Assembly: GCA_000092065.1 (NCBI GenBank)
Contig: CP000590.1
Reading direction: 5' to 3' (one strand)
DNA from: Ostreococcus lucimarinus
Taxonomy: Eukaryota
Length of the DNA stretch: 64,000 bases
Shown here: in pieces, positions 1 through 9,940 of the stretch
Numbering within the stretch: position 1 is the first letter of the stretch
Layout of the letters: every line of letters starts with the position of its first letter
The notes under the pieces: model-generated
The model's database searches: none
Seen by the model: only the letters and a program-made list of their open reading frames with translations
Told to the model about the DNA's origin: nothing
Made by a program: the position numbers and the translations under genes

Positions 1-1
1 G

Positions 2-1606
2 CTCTCCGTTAAAGCAGCTGGGACCGGATTAGATTTCTCCACCGCATCGTGTGTGATTTTTGCCGAATTGCCGGACGACGCGTCTTTGCTGGAACAAGCC
101 GAGGATCGCGCGCATAGGCGAGGGAACGACAGCGGCGTCAACGTTTACTTTCTTTGCGCGCGAGGCGGCGCGTGCGCGCACGACGAAGACAGATGGGCGC
201 GTCTAGAAAGTCAATTGGATCTGTGCAGAGAAGCTTTGGACGGGGATGGAGAACGCGTGGGTTTGAACGTCGAGGCGTACGGGACGCAAATAGAACTCGA
301 GGCGACGAGAAAGAGTGCGTTTTCCGTCGCCACGACGTCCAAATCCGTCGCGACGGAGGTCGTCGCGGATGCGCTCGAATCCGCGCCCGAAATGAAGACG
401 GAGGAATGTCCGATGTGGTTTGAAGTCAGCGCTACGAGTGGACGACTGCATTTGCACGGGAAAGCGGATGGGAGCGCTCCGCTCGGTGCGAGCGTGAGTC
501 GGTCTCAGCTCACACGCGCTCGCTTGTCGGCCAAGTACGCGAAGGAGCTTCCCGAGCCGCTCGCGAGCGATCCCATCGCCTTTGCCGCCGCCGTGGATTT
601 CTCCAATACCTGGAACGCGATGACTGCGCGTGATCGTAACTCGATACTCGCCAGGCAACAGCCAGCGCGCGCGCACGAACTCAACGAGCTCGCCGAGGCG
701 CTCAACTCCAAAACCGCCGCCGCCACGTCCGCCACCGGATCCACGACTCGACATGGGCGATTAGTGCCGTTACCGAAGGAGGCCGATTGGCGCACGATTG
801 TCGTAACCGACATCGCGAAGGCGGGTAGGAAGTACGAGATGCGCGTGCCATGTCGATTCGCCGAGGGAACGTCCCGGCGTACGTTGCTGTGCTTGCACTG
901 CGTGAGCGACATAGATCGAATCACGACGGATGTCGCGAGACGCGTTGACTTGTTTTGCGGCGAAGAGTGCATGCGCGTGTACGATCAAGGTTCGCGCGCA
1001 TCGGCGCTTCGTCGCGCGCTCTTCGCCCTCGAGCGAGGCGTGTGCGTCGAGTGTAAACTCGATTGCGATGCGCTCGTGAAGAAGGTACGCGTGCACAGAA
1101 AGCGAAGCAAACGCGTGGCTGAAATCTTGCGATTCGCGCCCGCGTTCGGCGAGCGAGGAAGCAAGAGTTATCTCAACAGACTCGCCGAGAAGCCCTCCGG
1201 CGGACGCGCGTGGGAGTGCGATCACAAAATCGCCGTCTTCGAGGGCGGCGGCACGTGCGCCGTGGAAAACGCGCAGACGCTCTGCGTGATTTGCCACGCC
1301 AAGAAAACCAAGGCGCAAGCCAAGCAACGCGCGGCCAAACGCAAGCGCGTCGCCGACGCCGCATCTATCCGACGCTTCCTTCCCTCCGTCACCGCCCTGC
1401 CCGATTCTTCCGACAGCGATTGCGTCGTCGAAGACGCCGGCGACCTTCTCCCGACGACGACCTCGCGCGTCGTCGCTCGATCCCATCCCTTCGTCATCAT
1501 CGCCTCGTCCGACGACGACGTCGACGTCGACGTCGACGTCGACGATTCAAATCTCAACCCTTGCTTCGCGCATCCTTCGCGCGCGACGCCGTCGCGGTCT
1601 TTGTAA
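2..1606 (+). CDS. ZRANB3: ZRANB3-like SNF2-family annealing helicase, C-terminal part with HNH endonuclease domain (5' end lies outside the window)
   Basis: The frame is open from the window edge. It contains helicase motifs V-VI (GLDFSTASCVIF...QAEDRAHRRGN) and a C-terminal HNH motif (WECDHKIAVFEGGGTCAVENAQTLCVICHAKKT). A (GACGTC)n stretch encodes DVDVDVDV near the C-terminus. Confidence 0.7.
   Translation, partial: LSVKAAGTGLDFSTASCVIFAELPDDASLLEQAEDRAHRRGNDSGVNVYFLCARGGACAHDEDRWARLESQLDLCREALDGDGERVGLNVEAYGTQIELEATRKSAFSVATTSKSVATEVVADALESAPEMKTEECPMWFEVSATSGRLHLHGKADGSAPLGASVSRSQLTRARLSAKYAKELPEPLASDPIAFAAAVDFSNTWNAMTARDRNSILARQQPARAHELNELAEALNSKTAAATSATGSTTRHGRLVPLPKEADWRTIVVTDIAKAGRKYEMRVPCRFAEGTSRRTLLCLHCVSDIDRITTDVARRVDLFCGEECMRVYDQGSRASALRRALFALERGVCVECKLDCDALVKKVRVHRKRSKRVAEILRFAPAFGERGSKSYLNRLAEKPSGGRAWECDHKIAVFEGGGTCAVENAQTLCVICHAKKTKAQAKQRAAKRKRVADAASIRRFLPSVTALPDSSDSDCVVEDAGDLLPTTTSRVVARSHPFVIIASSDDDVDVDVDVDDSNLNPCFAHPSRATPSRSL
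1517..1544. repeat. (GACGTC)4 palindromic hexamer microsatellite in coding sequence
   Basis: Encodes DVDVDVDV in the ZRANB3-like C-terminus. The same repeat recurs at 43874-43907 in the GT2 gene, where it encodes (TS)n on the minus strand. Confidence 0.8.
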
Positions 1607-1750
1607 TTCACCCTCGCCGTCTCGCGCGTTCGCGCCTCGTCGCCGCGTCTCGCCGCGATCGATCGTCCCTCGCGTCTCGTCACACCGCGCCTCCTCGTCG
1701 ACCCGCGTCGAGTCGCTCGACGCCTCGATCGAAGACCGGACGAAGCGGTC

Positions 1751-3604
1751 ATGCGCGACGACGATGCCGAGCCCGAGCGCGCGCTCGGTCGCGTGCGCAA
1801 GGTCTCCGGCCCCGTCGTCGTCGCCGATAACATGTACGGCGCGGCGATGTACGAACTCGTCCGCGTCGGCGGCGACGCGCTGGTCGGTGAGATCATCCGG
1901 CTCGAGCGCGACACGGCCACGATCCAGTGCTACGAAGAGACGAGCGGGCTCGCGGTCGGTGACCCGGTGGAGCGCACGAGACAGCCGCTGAGCGTGGATT
2001 TGGGACCGGGGGCGCTGGAAAACATCTTCGACGGGATTCAGCGACCGCTGAACGCGATCGCGGCGATGTGCGGCGATTGCTTCATACCGCGAGGAGTGAA
2101 CGTGCCGGCGCTGGACGCGTCGAAGACGTGGGAGTTCGTGAGCGGGAGGAGCGGGGTGAAGGCGGGCGATCACGTGAGCGGCGGCGATATATACGCGACG
2201 GTGCAAGAGAACGCGTTGATCGAACATCGGTTGATGGTGCCGCCGAACGCGAAGGGAAAGGTGACGTGGATCGCGCCGGATGGAGAATATAGCATCGATG
2301 AGAAGGTGATCGAGATCGAGTTCGGGGGAGTGGTGAAGGAGTTTTCGATGAAGCAACAGTGGCCGGTGCGAGCGCCGAGGCCGGTGGCGGAGAAGTTGAT
2401 GGCGGATCATCCGTTGTTGACGGGACAGCGCGTGCTCGATGTGATGTTTCCGAGCGTGCGAGGGGGGACTTGTGCGATTCCCGGCGCGTTCGGGTGCGGG
2501 AAGACTGTTATTTCTCAGGCGTTGTCGAAGTATTCCAACTCTGACGGGATTATTTACGTCGGATGCGGCGAACGCGGGAACGAAATGGCGGAAGTTTTGT
2601 ACGATTTCCCCGAGCTCACGATGACTATGCCGGACGGACGCGAGGAATCAATCATGAAGCGTACGACTCTGGTGGCGAACACGTCAAACATGCCCGTCGC
2701 CGCGCGCGAAGCGAGTATTTACACGGGCATCACGCTCGCCGAATACTTTCGCGATCAAGGGTACAACTTTTCCATGATGGCTGACTCTACTTCGCGCTGG
2801 GCCGAGGCGTTGCGTGAAATCTCCGGTCGTCTCGCGGAAATGCCCGCGGATAGCGGATATCCCGCTTACCTCGGCGCTCGACTGGCGTCCTTCTACGAGC
2901 GCGCCGGTCGCGTGCGATGCCTCGGCAGCCCGAATCGCGAGGGCTCCGTCACCGTCGTCGGCGCCGTGTCCCCCCCTGGTGGAGACTTCTCCGACCCCGT
3001 CACCTCGGCCACGCTCGGTATCGTGCAGGTATTCTGGGGTTTGGATAAAAAACTCGCGCAGCGCAAGCACTTTCCTTCGGTGAACTGGTTGATTTCGTAC
3101 TCCAAGTACACCAACGCGTTGGAGCCGTTTTACGAAAAGACGGATCCAGAGTTTGTGCAATTGCGCGTCGTCGCGCGCGAGGTGTTGCAAAAGGAGGACG
3201 AACTGAACGAAATCGTGCAGTTGGTCGGTAAGGATTCGTTGGCGGAGACGGATAAGGTTGTCTTGGAGACGGCAAAATTCTTAAAGGAGGACTTCTTGCA
3301 GCAAAACTCCTTCACGGCGTACGACAAGTATTGCCCCTTTTACAAATCCATCGGCATGTTGCGAAACATGATTCGTTTCCACGCGCTCGCCACGGCCGCC
3401 GTCGAGCGCGCGGCAACGACGAGCGATGGGCCGAAGATTACGTTTAACGTCATTCGAGCGCGCATGAGCGAGCTCATCTATCGCATCGCGAGCATGAAGT
3501 TTGAAGATCCTGTGGACGGCGAAGACGCGATTCGCGCTCGCTTCGCCGAGCTCGAAGACGACATCGTGTCCGCCTTCCGCGCGCTCGAGGACGAGTTCCG
3601 ATGA
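1751..3604 (+). CDS. VHA-A: V-type H+-ATPase catalytic subunit A
   Basis: A 617-aa uninterrupted ORF. It carries the Walker A motif GAFGCGKTV and typical V-ATPase A blocks ([21 protein letters not shown]) near the N-terminus. Confidence 0.95.
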   Translation: MRDDDAEPERALGRVRKVSGPVVVADNMYGAAMYELVRVGGDALVGEIIRLERDTATIQCYEETSGLAVGDPVERTRQPLSVDLGPGALENIFDGIQRPLNAIAAMCGDCFIPRGVNVPALDASKTWEFVSGRSGVKAGDHVSGGDIYATVQENALIEHRLMVPPNAKGKVTWIAPDGEYSIDEKVIEIEFGGVVKEFSMKQQWPVRAPRPVAEKLMADHPLLTGQRVLDVMFPSVRGGTCAIPGAFGCGKTVISQALSKYSNSDGIIYVGCGERGNEMAEVLYDFPELTMTMPDGREESIMKRTTLVANTSNMPVAAREASIYTGITLAEYFRDQGYNFSMMADSTSRWAEALREISGRLAEMPADSGYPAYLGARLASFYERAGRVRCLGSPNREGSVTVVGAVSPPGGDFSDPVTSATLGIVQVFWGLDKKLAQRKHFPSVNWLISYSKYTNALEPFYEKTDPEFVQLRVVAREVLQKEDELNEIVQLVGKDSLAETDKVVLETAKFLKEDFLQQNSFTAYDKYCPFYKSIGMLRNMIRFHALATAAVERAATTSDGPKITFNVIRARMSELIYRIASMKFEDPVDGEDAIRARFAELEDDIVSAFRALEDEFR

Positions 3605-3686
3605 TCGATGATAATTACATTAGAACCAGGATTGATACAGTAACACTACATTAGAAGACGATCGATCGCCCGCGCGACGAAATCCG

Positions 3687-4349
3687 TCACGACGTCTGCG
3701 TCGCGCCTATCGCGAACAAATCCTCGCGCAACGACCTCGACATCGCCTCAAACTCCTCGTCCGAAACGCACGCGCGCAGCGCGGACGCGTCGTCGACGAC
3801 CCACGCGTCGGTGTCGACCCACGACTTGCACCCCCCGTACCGCTCGTCGTCGGGATCGATCGTCAGCCCCTCCCGCGCCTCGTAGCATCGAACCTCCAAA
3901 ATCACCAACGGCGCGTCCGGTTTCCAATTCGCCCGCCGCGCGAACAAATCTTCCGGCCAGCCCGATCGCGCGCTGAGGACCCTCAGCGCCTTCGGCGCGT
4001 CCTCCGCGCGCACCTCAAACGTTCCCGTCGCCGCCGCGAGCGCGTCCAGCGCCTTCGGCGCGCTCGCCGTCCCCGCCGCGCGCGCGTACGCCGATAGATC
4101 CGCGTGAAACGCCGTCGGAAACAACCAGAACGCGTCCGCGCGCAGCTCGAACCCGCGCGCGTCGCGGAGGCCTCCCTTGCGCGCGAGCGCGATTTGTTCG
4201 CCGCGTCGCAGCGCGTCGACGACGAACGCCCACTCCTTCAGCGCGACGTCCACGCGCTCGACCGCGCGCCGCGGCGCCGGACCGCGGTCGACGCGACGCG
4301 ACGCGCGCGACGCGCGAGGCGGGACGCGCGCGCCCAGCGCGCGGCACAT
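3687..4349 (-). CDS. Conserved hypothetical protein, DUF1802-like (bacterial-type)
   Basis: The N-terminal block ALKEWAFVVDALRRGEQIALARKGG resembles bacterial DUF1802 proteins. This is from memory and unverified. Confidence 0.4.
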   Translation of the reverse strand: MCRALGARVPPRASRASRRVDRGPAPRRAVERVDVALKEWAFVVDALRRGEQIALARKGGLRDARGFELRADAFWLFPTAFHADLSAYARAAGTASAPKALDALAAATGTFEVRAEDAPKALRVLSARSGWPEDLFARRANWKPDAPLVILEVRCYEAREGLTIDPDDERYGGCKSWVDTDAWVVDDASALRACVSDEEFEAMSRSLREDLFAIGATQTS

Positions 4350-4360
4350 CGCGACGCGAA

Positions 4361-5779
4361 GTGATGCCGAACGACGCCCTGTTCGATTGGCTGCGACGCA
4401 CCGCGGGCGCGGACGTCGCCGACGCGAGCGATCTGTACGACGGAAAGGTACTGCTCGACGCGCTCGCGCGCGCGACGGGCGCGGAGGAGGCGCGCGCGGC
4501 GCGCGCGGACGAGGATTCGATTCAAATCTTGGGGCGACAGCTGCGCCGCGCGGGCGTGTTCGATGGCTCGGACGCGCTGCGCGCGCGCGACGCGCGAGGA
4601 ACGATGCGGGTGGTGCGAGAAATATATGCGGAGAGTCTGCGGCGACGAGTGGCGGCGTTCGCGGTGGACGCGGCGAGGGACGAGGGGGCGAGATTCGGGG
4701 ACGCGACGCCGTCGCCGTCGAGACGACGCGACGAAGACGAAGACGAAGACGAAGACGAAGACAAAGAGGAGGAAGGACGAGATTTGCTCGGCGCGTTTGA
4801 GATCGAAGGTGATGACGTTGACGCGGGTGCGTTCGACGAGGACGTGGATGAGTTGGATTTAACGGAGGATTGGCGGGCGTTGGAATCGCCCGCGGCGAAA
4901 TCGACGAAGGCGCGAGTCGACGCCGGGTTCGTCAAGGCTTCGGATATGTTGCAGGAGTTGAGTTTAAACGCGCTCGATGAAGATGTGTGTGATGATTTCG
5001 GTAGCGATGCGTACTGTCGCGGCACGCGCGCGGCGTCGCGGGAGACGAAGACGCTGACGAGAACGCCGCCGCCGGTGCCGAAAGCGCTTCGCTTGATTCC
5101 GTCCCCGTCCGCGAAACCGGTGAAGTGGGACGTCGTGTTCGACGAACCGAAACCATCGGGGCGCGTGCCGACCTGGTTTCCCGGTCGCAATGCGCGGCTG
5201 ATGGCGTCGACGTCGTCGAGTGAGACGTCGCCGCCGTCGAAGCCCATCGCGGTGTCGTGGTTCGGCGAACGCGACGACGACGGCGACGACGCGGCGAGTC
5301 TGCAACGCGCGGCGCAAAGACGCGGACGTTTGGCGTCGTCGCTGTCGCCCGTCGCGCGTCGCGGGGCTTCGTCTCCCGAACGCCGTAGAAGCGATATCGG
5401 CGTCGCCGCGTGCTACGTTCCCGCGCGCGCGCCTTCGAACAAGCGCCTCATTCGCAACGCGCTTCGCGTGCTCGTCGGGCCGCCCGATCGCGATGATTAC
5501 GTCGCCGCCGTGCGTGCGATTGACAAATGCGAGTTCCCATCGGTGGTTTTGTTGCTGAAAGGATCGGCCGAAGTCGCGCCGCGAAAGTTGCGAGGCGTGT
5601 ACGCCGTCGTCGACGAGGATACGCTGAAACGCATCCACGGCTCTGGACCAGAATACGTCGCCGGCTCGTCCGTTTTGGCGTCGCTCAAATTCGACACAGC
5701 GACGATGAGCTTCGCACCGCTTGCGAGTCGCGCGATCACGCCCACCGTCGCGGCGATTAGCTTGACGCGCGCTAAATAG
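4361..5779 (+). CDS. CAMSAP: CAMSAP/Patronin-like microtubule minus-end binding protein (N-terminal CH domain, C-terminal CKK domain)
   Basis: The N-terminus is CH-like (LFDWLRR...DLYDGKVLLDAL). The C-terminus is CKK-like (CEFPSVVLLLKGS...RGVYAVVDEDTLKRIHGSGPEYVAGS...LKFDTATMSFAPL). The middle is an acidic low-complexity linker. Confidence 0.6.
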   Translation: MMPNDALFDWLRRTAGADVADASDLYDGKVLLDALARATGAEEARAARADEDSIQILGRQLRRAGVFDGSDALRARDARGTMRVVREIYAESLRRRVAAFAVDAARDEGARFGDATPSPSRRRDEDEDEDEDEDKEEEGRDLLGAFEIEGDDVDAGAFDEDVDELDLTEDWRALESPAAKSTKARVDAGFVKASDMLQELSLNALDEDVCDDFGSDAYCRGTRAASRETKTLTRTPPPVPKALRLIPSPSAKPVKWDVVFDEPKPSGRVPTWFPGRNARLMASTSSSETSPPSKPIAVSWFGERDDDGDDAASLQRAAQRRGRLASSLSPVARRGASSPERRRSDIGVAACYVPARAPSNKRLIRNALRVLVGPPDRDDYVAAVRAIDKCEFPSVVLLLKGSAEVAPRKLRGVYAVVDEDTLKRIHGSGPEYVAGSSVLASLKFDTATMSFAPLASRAITPTVAAISLTRAK

Positions 5780-5817
5780 AAATAATAATCGCTACGAAGT
5801 CGATATTGCAACGTCGC

Positions 5818-6648
5818 TCACCAACCGAGCAAAAGCGGAAACATCCCTAGCAGACATCCCACGGTGACCCCCCCCGTGGCGCCCGCGACTTTGGCCCATC
5901 GCACCGCCGCCGTCATTCGCTGCGCCTGGGTCAAATTCTGCGGCGCCTGGAACCCCAACCGCTCGGCGAAGGTTTCGATCTTGCTCGACAACCCGATCCC
6001 CACGACGTCGCTCACCGTGTTCCCGAACCCCGCCGCCGCCATCGTGCTCAGCCCCAACCCCACCCCGAGCGCCGTCTCGATAGACTCCCCCGCCATGATC
6101 ATCACCGCGTTATCGCACAGCCCGAACCCCACGAACGGCACCGCCTGACTCAGCGCCACCGCTCGCAACTGCGCCGCCGTCGCGCTCGCCGTCGCGCTCG
6201 CCTCCTCCCGCCCCACCGACGCCGCGTCCCGCCGTTCGTCGCGACTCAGCGCCATCAAAAATTCCTTCTTATCCAAAACCCCGTCCCCGTTCGCGTCCGC
6301 GTCCTCGAACGCGCGATCGAGCGTCCCCGCGCTCGCGAGCGTCGCCATCACCGCGTCCCGCGTCGCCGCGTCCTCCGCCGCCACCGTCCCCACCGCCCGC
6401 GCGCGCGCCTCCGGCGCCATCGCTCGCAGCGCCCGCACCACCGCGCGCTCGTCCTCGCGCGCCGTCGCGCCCTGCGTCCGCCATCGCCGCTCGACGCGAT
6501 GCGGCTCGCGCGCGCGATGATTTCGTCCGACGTCTTCGCCGCGCCGTCGCGCGTCGCGCGCGCCGCCGCATCGCGCGCCGCGCTCGAGCGCGTCGCCGAC
6601 CATCGCCACCGACCGCGCGAGCGGTCTCGCGACGCGACGCGACGCCAT
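5818..6648 (-). CDS. TMEM65: TMEM65-like membrane protein with EF-hand
   Basis: An EF-hand loop DANGDGVLDKKEF is present. The C-terminal block GFGLCDNAVMIMAGESIE...GNTVSDVVGIGLS...GCLLGMFPLLLGW matches the TMEM65/DUF2453 family. The ORF extends to 6750, but the start was chosen at the internal Met at 6648. Confidence 0.6.
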   Translation of the reverse strand: MASRRVARPLARSVAMVGDALERGARCGGARDARRRGEDVGRNHRAREPHRVERRWRTQGATAREDERAVVRALRAMAPEARARAVGTVAAEDAATRDAVMATLASAGTLDRAFEDADANGDGVLDKKEFLMALSRDERRDAASVGREEASATASATAAQLRAVALSQAVPFVGFGLCDNAVMIMAGESIETALGVGLGLSTMAAAGFGNTVSDVVGIGLSSKIETFAERLGFQAPQNLTQAQRMTAAVRWAKVAGATGGVTVGCLLGMFPLLLGW

Positions 6649-6770
6649 GCGACGCGACGCGCGCGCGAATGGCGCCGAGGCTTCACATCGCGACGCGACG
6701 CGACGCGAATCGACGACGCGACGGCGCGCGCGAACGCGCGCGCGCGCCAAGGCACGAACGCGCAGACAGC

Positions 6771-7070
6771 ATGGCGCGCGGACTGAGCCGCGAGCTGGCG
6801 AAGGAGAAGGCGCAAAAAAAGCAAGGGAAAAACGCGTCCAAGGGCAACAAGGAGGATTTGACGCCGGCGCGGCGCGCGGAGCGAGACGCGAAGACGCTGC
6901 GCGAGAAGACGGCGAGGAAGGAGGCGGCGCGCGCGGCGCTCGCGGCGAGCGGAGAGGCGGGCGCGGCGGCGGTGAAGGCGGAGGAGGCGAAGAAGGCGGC
7001 GATGCGGGCGAAACAGAGGGAAAATAAATTGGCGGCGGCGAATCCGTTGTTGGCGAAGAAGCGAGGGTGA
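6771..7070 (+). CDS. SERF: SERF/4F5-family small EDRK-rich protein
   Basis: The N-terminus MARGLSRELAKEKAQKKQGK matches the SERF N-terminal motif MARGNQRELARQKN. The protein is about 100 aa and Lys/Ala/Glu-rich. Confidence 0.55.
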   Translation: MARGLSRELAKEKAQKKQGKNASKGNKEDLTPARRAERDAKTLREKTARKEAARAALAASGEAGAAAVKAEEAKKAAMRAKQRENKLAAANPLLAKKRG

Positions 7071-7253
7071 CGCGCGAGGGCGAGCGCGAGGGAGACGGAC
7101 GGCGCGAGCGAGACGGCGTGGATCGATGATGGGCGCGGTGAAGAAGGCGGCGAAAAGGGATGATCGATCGGGGACGAGAGGGACGCGCGGATGCGTGGAT
7201 TTTTTATGTCGGCGCGAGTGTAACGCCAACGCCACAACGAGACGCGCGGAACG

Positions 7254-8000
7254 ATGAAACGCGCGCGCGCGACGACGAAGAACGAGAACGACGAGACGAA
7301 CGCGACGACGACGACGCGCGCGGCGCTCACGCTCGAGGCGGAAAAGTTACGCGTGGAGGCGGAGAACGCGAGGCTGAAAGCGGAACTCGAGGACGCCGCG
7401 AGCGACGCGGCGAAGCGCGCGCGCGCCGCGGAGCGCGCGGAACGGCGCGTCGTCGAGCGCGACGCCACGATACGCGCGCTCGAGCAGCGCATTCGGGAAC
7501 TCCAGGCCGAACTCAAGGCTTCCGTGGAGCTGAAAGATGAATACGCGCGCGCGCTCGACGCGCGCGTCGGCGAAGTCGACGCGTTGATCCGCGTGGACTC
7601 GGACGCGGACGCCGAGACGCTCCGCGAACGCGTCGACGAGGGACTCCTGCGCGCCGCCAACGAGCTCGTGCACGTCAAACGCGAGTGCGAAACGTTTCGC
7701 GCGGCGCATCGCCGTCTCGAAAAAGTCATCGAGCTCGTCGATCTCGACGTGTCCCGCGTCAAGGACAACGTCGCGGCGGCTGAAAAGGCGCTCGCCGACA
7801 AATCCGACGAGACGCGAGCGCACGCGGAACGCATCGCCGACATGGAGCGCGAGCTCACCGACGGCGTCGCTCTCGTCGCGCGCTGTCGCGAGCGCGAGTC
7901 CGATCGCGAACGCGAAATATCAGCCCTTCGCAGGGCGCTCGCGGCGTCTCGCGCGCAAACCAGGCGCTTAGAAACCGAATTAGACGCCGCCGCCGTGTAG
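7254..8000 (+). CDS. Coiled-coil protein, function unknown
   Basis: Heptad-rich sequence in an Ala/Glu/Arg/Leu-rich ORF of 248 aa. Confidence 0.45.
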   Translation: MKRARATTKNENDETNATTTTRAALTLEAEKLRVEAENARLKAELEDAASDAAKRARAAERAERRVVERDATIRALEQRIRELQAELKASVELKDEYARALDARVGEVDALIRVDSDADAETLRERVDEGLLRAANELVHVKRECETFRAAHRRLEKVIELVDLDVSRVKDNVAAAEKALADKSDETRAHAERIADMERELTDGVALVARCRERESDREREISALRRALAASRAQTRRLETELDAAAV

Positions 8001-8038
8001 CTCGCCAGTCCCTCGCCATAATTCGCCTCGCGATCGCC

Positions 8039-9904
8039 ATGACGACGAATGCGGCGTCCACGGATTGGTGGACGTCGCTCCAGGAGACCGTCGCGTCGTA
8101 CGCGCCAGCCTTCGGCACCGCGAGCGCGTCCGGCACCGCGAGCGCGTCCACGACGACGCTCAGCGACGAGGATTATCGCAGGCGCATGATTACGAAGATG
8201 GACTCATCCATGCGCACGAAATACGGCCAAGGCGCGACGTATAACTTCAAACTCGTCCTGCGCGGCGACGTGGCGACGGGAAAGTCGACGCTTCTTCGAC
8301 GCCTGCGCGGAGGGACGTTCGTGGCGGCGTATGAGACGACGAAGGAGATAAAAACGGCGCACGTGAGCTGGCGAGCGAAATCGTGCCCGGAGGACGTCGT
8401 GGCGTTGGAGGTTTGGGACGTCGTGGATAAGGCACCGAAGCGAGACGTGAGCGATAATTTGACGCTGGCGAAGAAGGCGAGCGCGGCGGGGAGCGGAGCG
8501 CACACATTTCCGTTGGATGCGACGGTGATGGATGTGTATCGAGGCGCGCACGCGTGTTGCGTGTTGGTCGATCCGAGCAAGCGATGGACGTTTGAGTACG
8601 CGATGCGAGAGCTTGAGAAGTTACCGAAACACATTCCGAGCGCGTTGATCATGAACTTTAGGGATTATCCGGATGAGAAGCGAGGTTTGAGCGTGGGTGA
8701 GGTGGAGGCGGCGTTGGAGGACGCGTTCGGCGATAGGCCGTTTACGCCAGTGGTGATCGAGACGTCGTTGTTGAATTGTTACGGTTTGAGCGCGGTGTCG
8801 ACGTTTTTGCACGTGCCGTTTCTATGTCTGAAACGCATGACGTTGGAACAGGCGTTGACGCTGAACACGACGGCGACGGTGCAGGCGCAAGAGGCTTTGG
8901 AAAAGATTAAAGAATCTTCGTACGACGCGTACACTCGCAAGCTCGGGATTCATCAGCCAACGCCCGAGGAGCAGGAGGCGAAGGAAAAGGCAGAGAACGG
9001 TGAGGGGGGTGCGGTGAAAGCACCCGAAGAGAGTTCATTTAGTTGGAGCAAGCTGAGCAACATGACGGTCGGGGAAATTCCTCTCGTCGTCGCCGGCGCC
9101 GCGCTCTCTTCCACGGCTTCGGCGGTGTCCAACATCGCGCGAAAGACGCCCGCCGAGCTATCGGAAGATTTAGCCAACAATTTGAAAACTTTTGCCACAC
9201 TCGGCGGCAAGTCCGCCGAATCGGACGGAAAGAACCCGGACGAGCCACAACTCCCCCCGCAGTTTAGCCATCTAGGACCGGGCGGCGTCGAGCGCTCGGC
9301 GTTCGGCGGCCGAGACATCGCCGACGAGGACAAAGCCGCGATCGAGGCCATGGTGCAAAAGAAGGGTGGCGGCGATGACCATTGGCTCGACGACGACGAG
9401 GAGGGTGGTGATGATGAGAACGATGGGTACGAGGACGACGAGGACGCGGGACGCGACGTCGCGATGAAGATGGACGGATGGGATGACGAAGACGACGACG
9501 ACAGCGACGGCGAAGTCGACGCGGAATCGCCCGCACACTTTATTCGTCAGATTAGCAAAGACGATCCTTTTTTCGGGAAGTCGGACGAGAAACCGAAGAA
9601 CGGAAACGGGAAATCAAAACCGCCGACGTCGCCGTCCGCAGTCGATCTCGATCCCGAGCGTCTCGCCGCTGCGTTCGACGCGACGCCGAGCGCGGATGAG
9701 TACGAAAAAGTTGAAGATCCGCTCGGATTGGCGCTCGCGCGCTCGGCGACGATGAGCTCGAGCGAGATGCTCTCGGGTAGCGAGGGTAAGAAGAAGAAGA
9801 AGGAAAAAAAGGCAAAAAAGGAAAAGAAAGAGAAAAAGGGTGAAAAAAGCGCGAGTAAGTCAAAGTCTGGCAAATCTATGCGTGACTGGGACGAAAGCGA
9901 CTAA
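8039..9904 (+). CDS. RABL6: RABL6-like atypical small GTPase with long acidic/K-rich tail
   Basis: The G-domain motifs are LVLRGDVATGKSTLLRRLRGG...EVWDVVDKA. The C-terminus is disordered and acidic, followed by a (KKEKK)n tail. Confidence 0.65.
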   Translation: MTTNAASTDWWTSLQETVASYAPAFGTASASGTASASTTTLSDEDYRRRMITKMDSSMRTKYGQGATYNFKLVLRGDVATGKSTLLRRLRGGTFVAAYETTKEIKTAHVSWRAKSCPEDVVALEVWDVVDKAPKRDVSDNLTLAKKASAAGSGAHTFPLDATVMDVYRGAHACCVLVDPSKRWTFEYAMRELEKLPKHIPSALIMNFRDYPDEKRGLSVGEVEAALEDAFGDRPFTPVVIETSLLNCYGLSAVSTFLHVPFLCLKRMTLEQALTLNTTATVQAQEALEKIKESSYDAYTRKLGIHQPTPEEQEAKEKAENGEGGAVKAPEESSFSWSKLSNMTVGEIPLVVAGAALSSTASAVSNIARKTPAELSEDLANNLKTFATLGGKSAESDGKNPDEPQLPPQFSHLGPGGVERSAFGGRDIADEDKAAIEAMVQKKGGGDDHWLDDDEEGGDDENDGYEDDEDAGRDVAMKMDGWDDEDDDDSDGEVDAESPAHFIRQISKDDPFFGKSDEKPKNGNGKSKPPTSPSAVDLDPERLAAAFDATPSADEYEKVEDPLGLALARSATMSSSEMLSGSEGKKKKKEKKAKKEKKEKKGEKSASKSKSGKSMRDWDESD

Positions 9905-9940
9905 AATGATGTTGTAATTCTATTCTCAATACTTCTAAGT

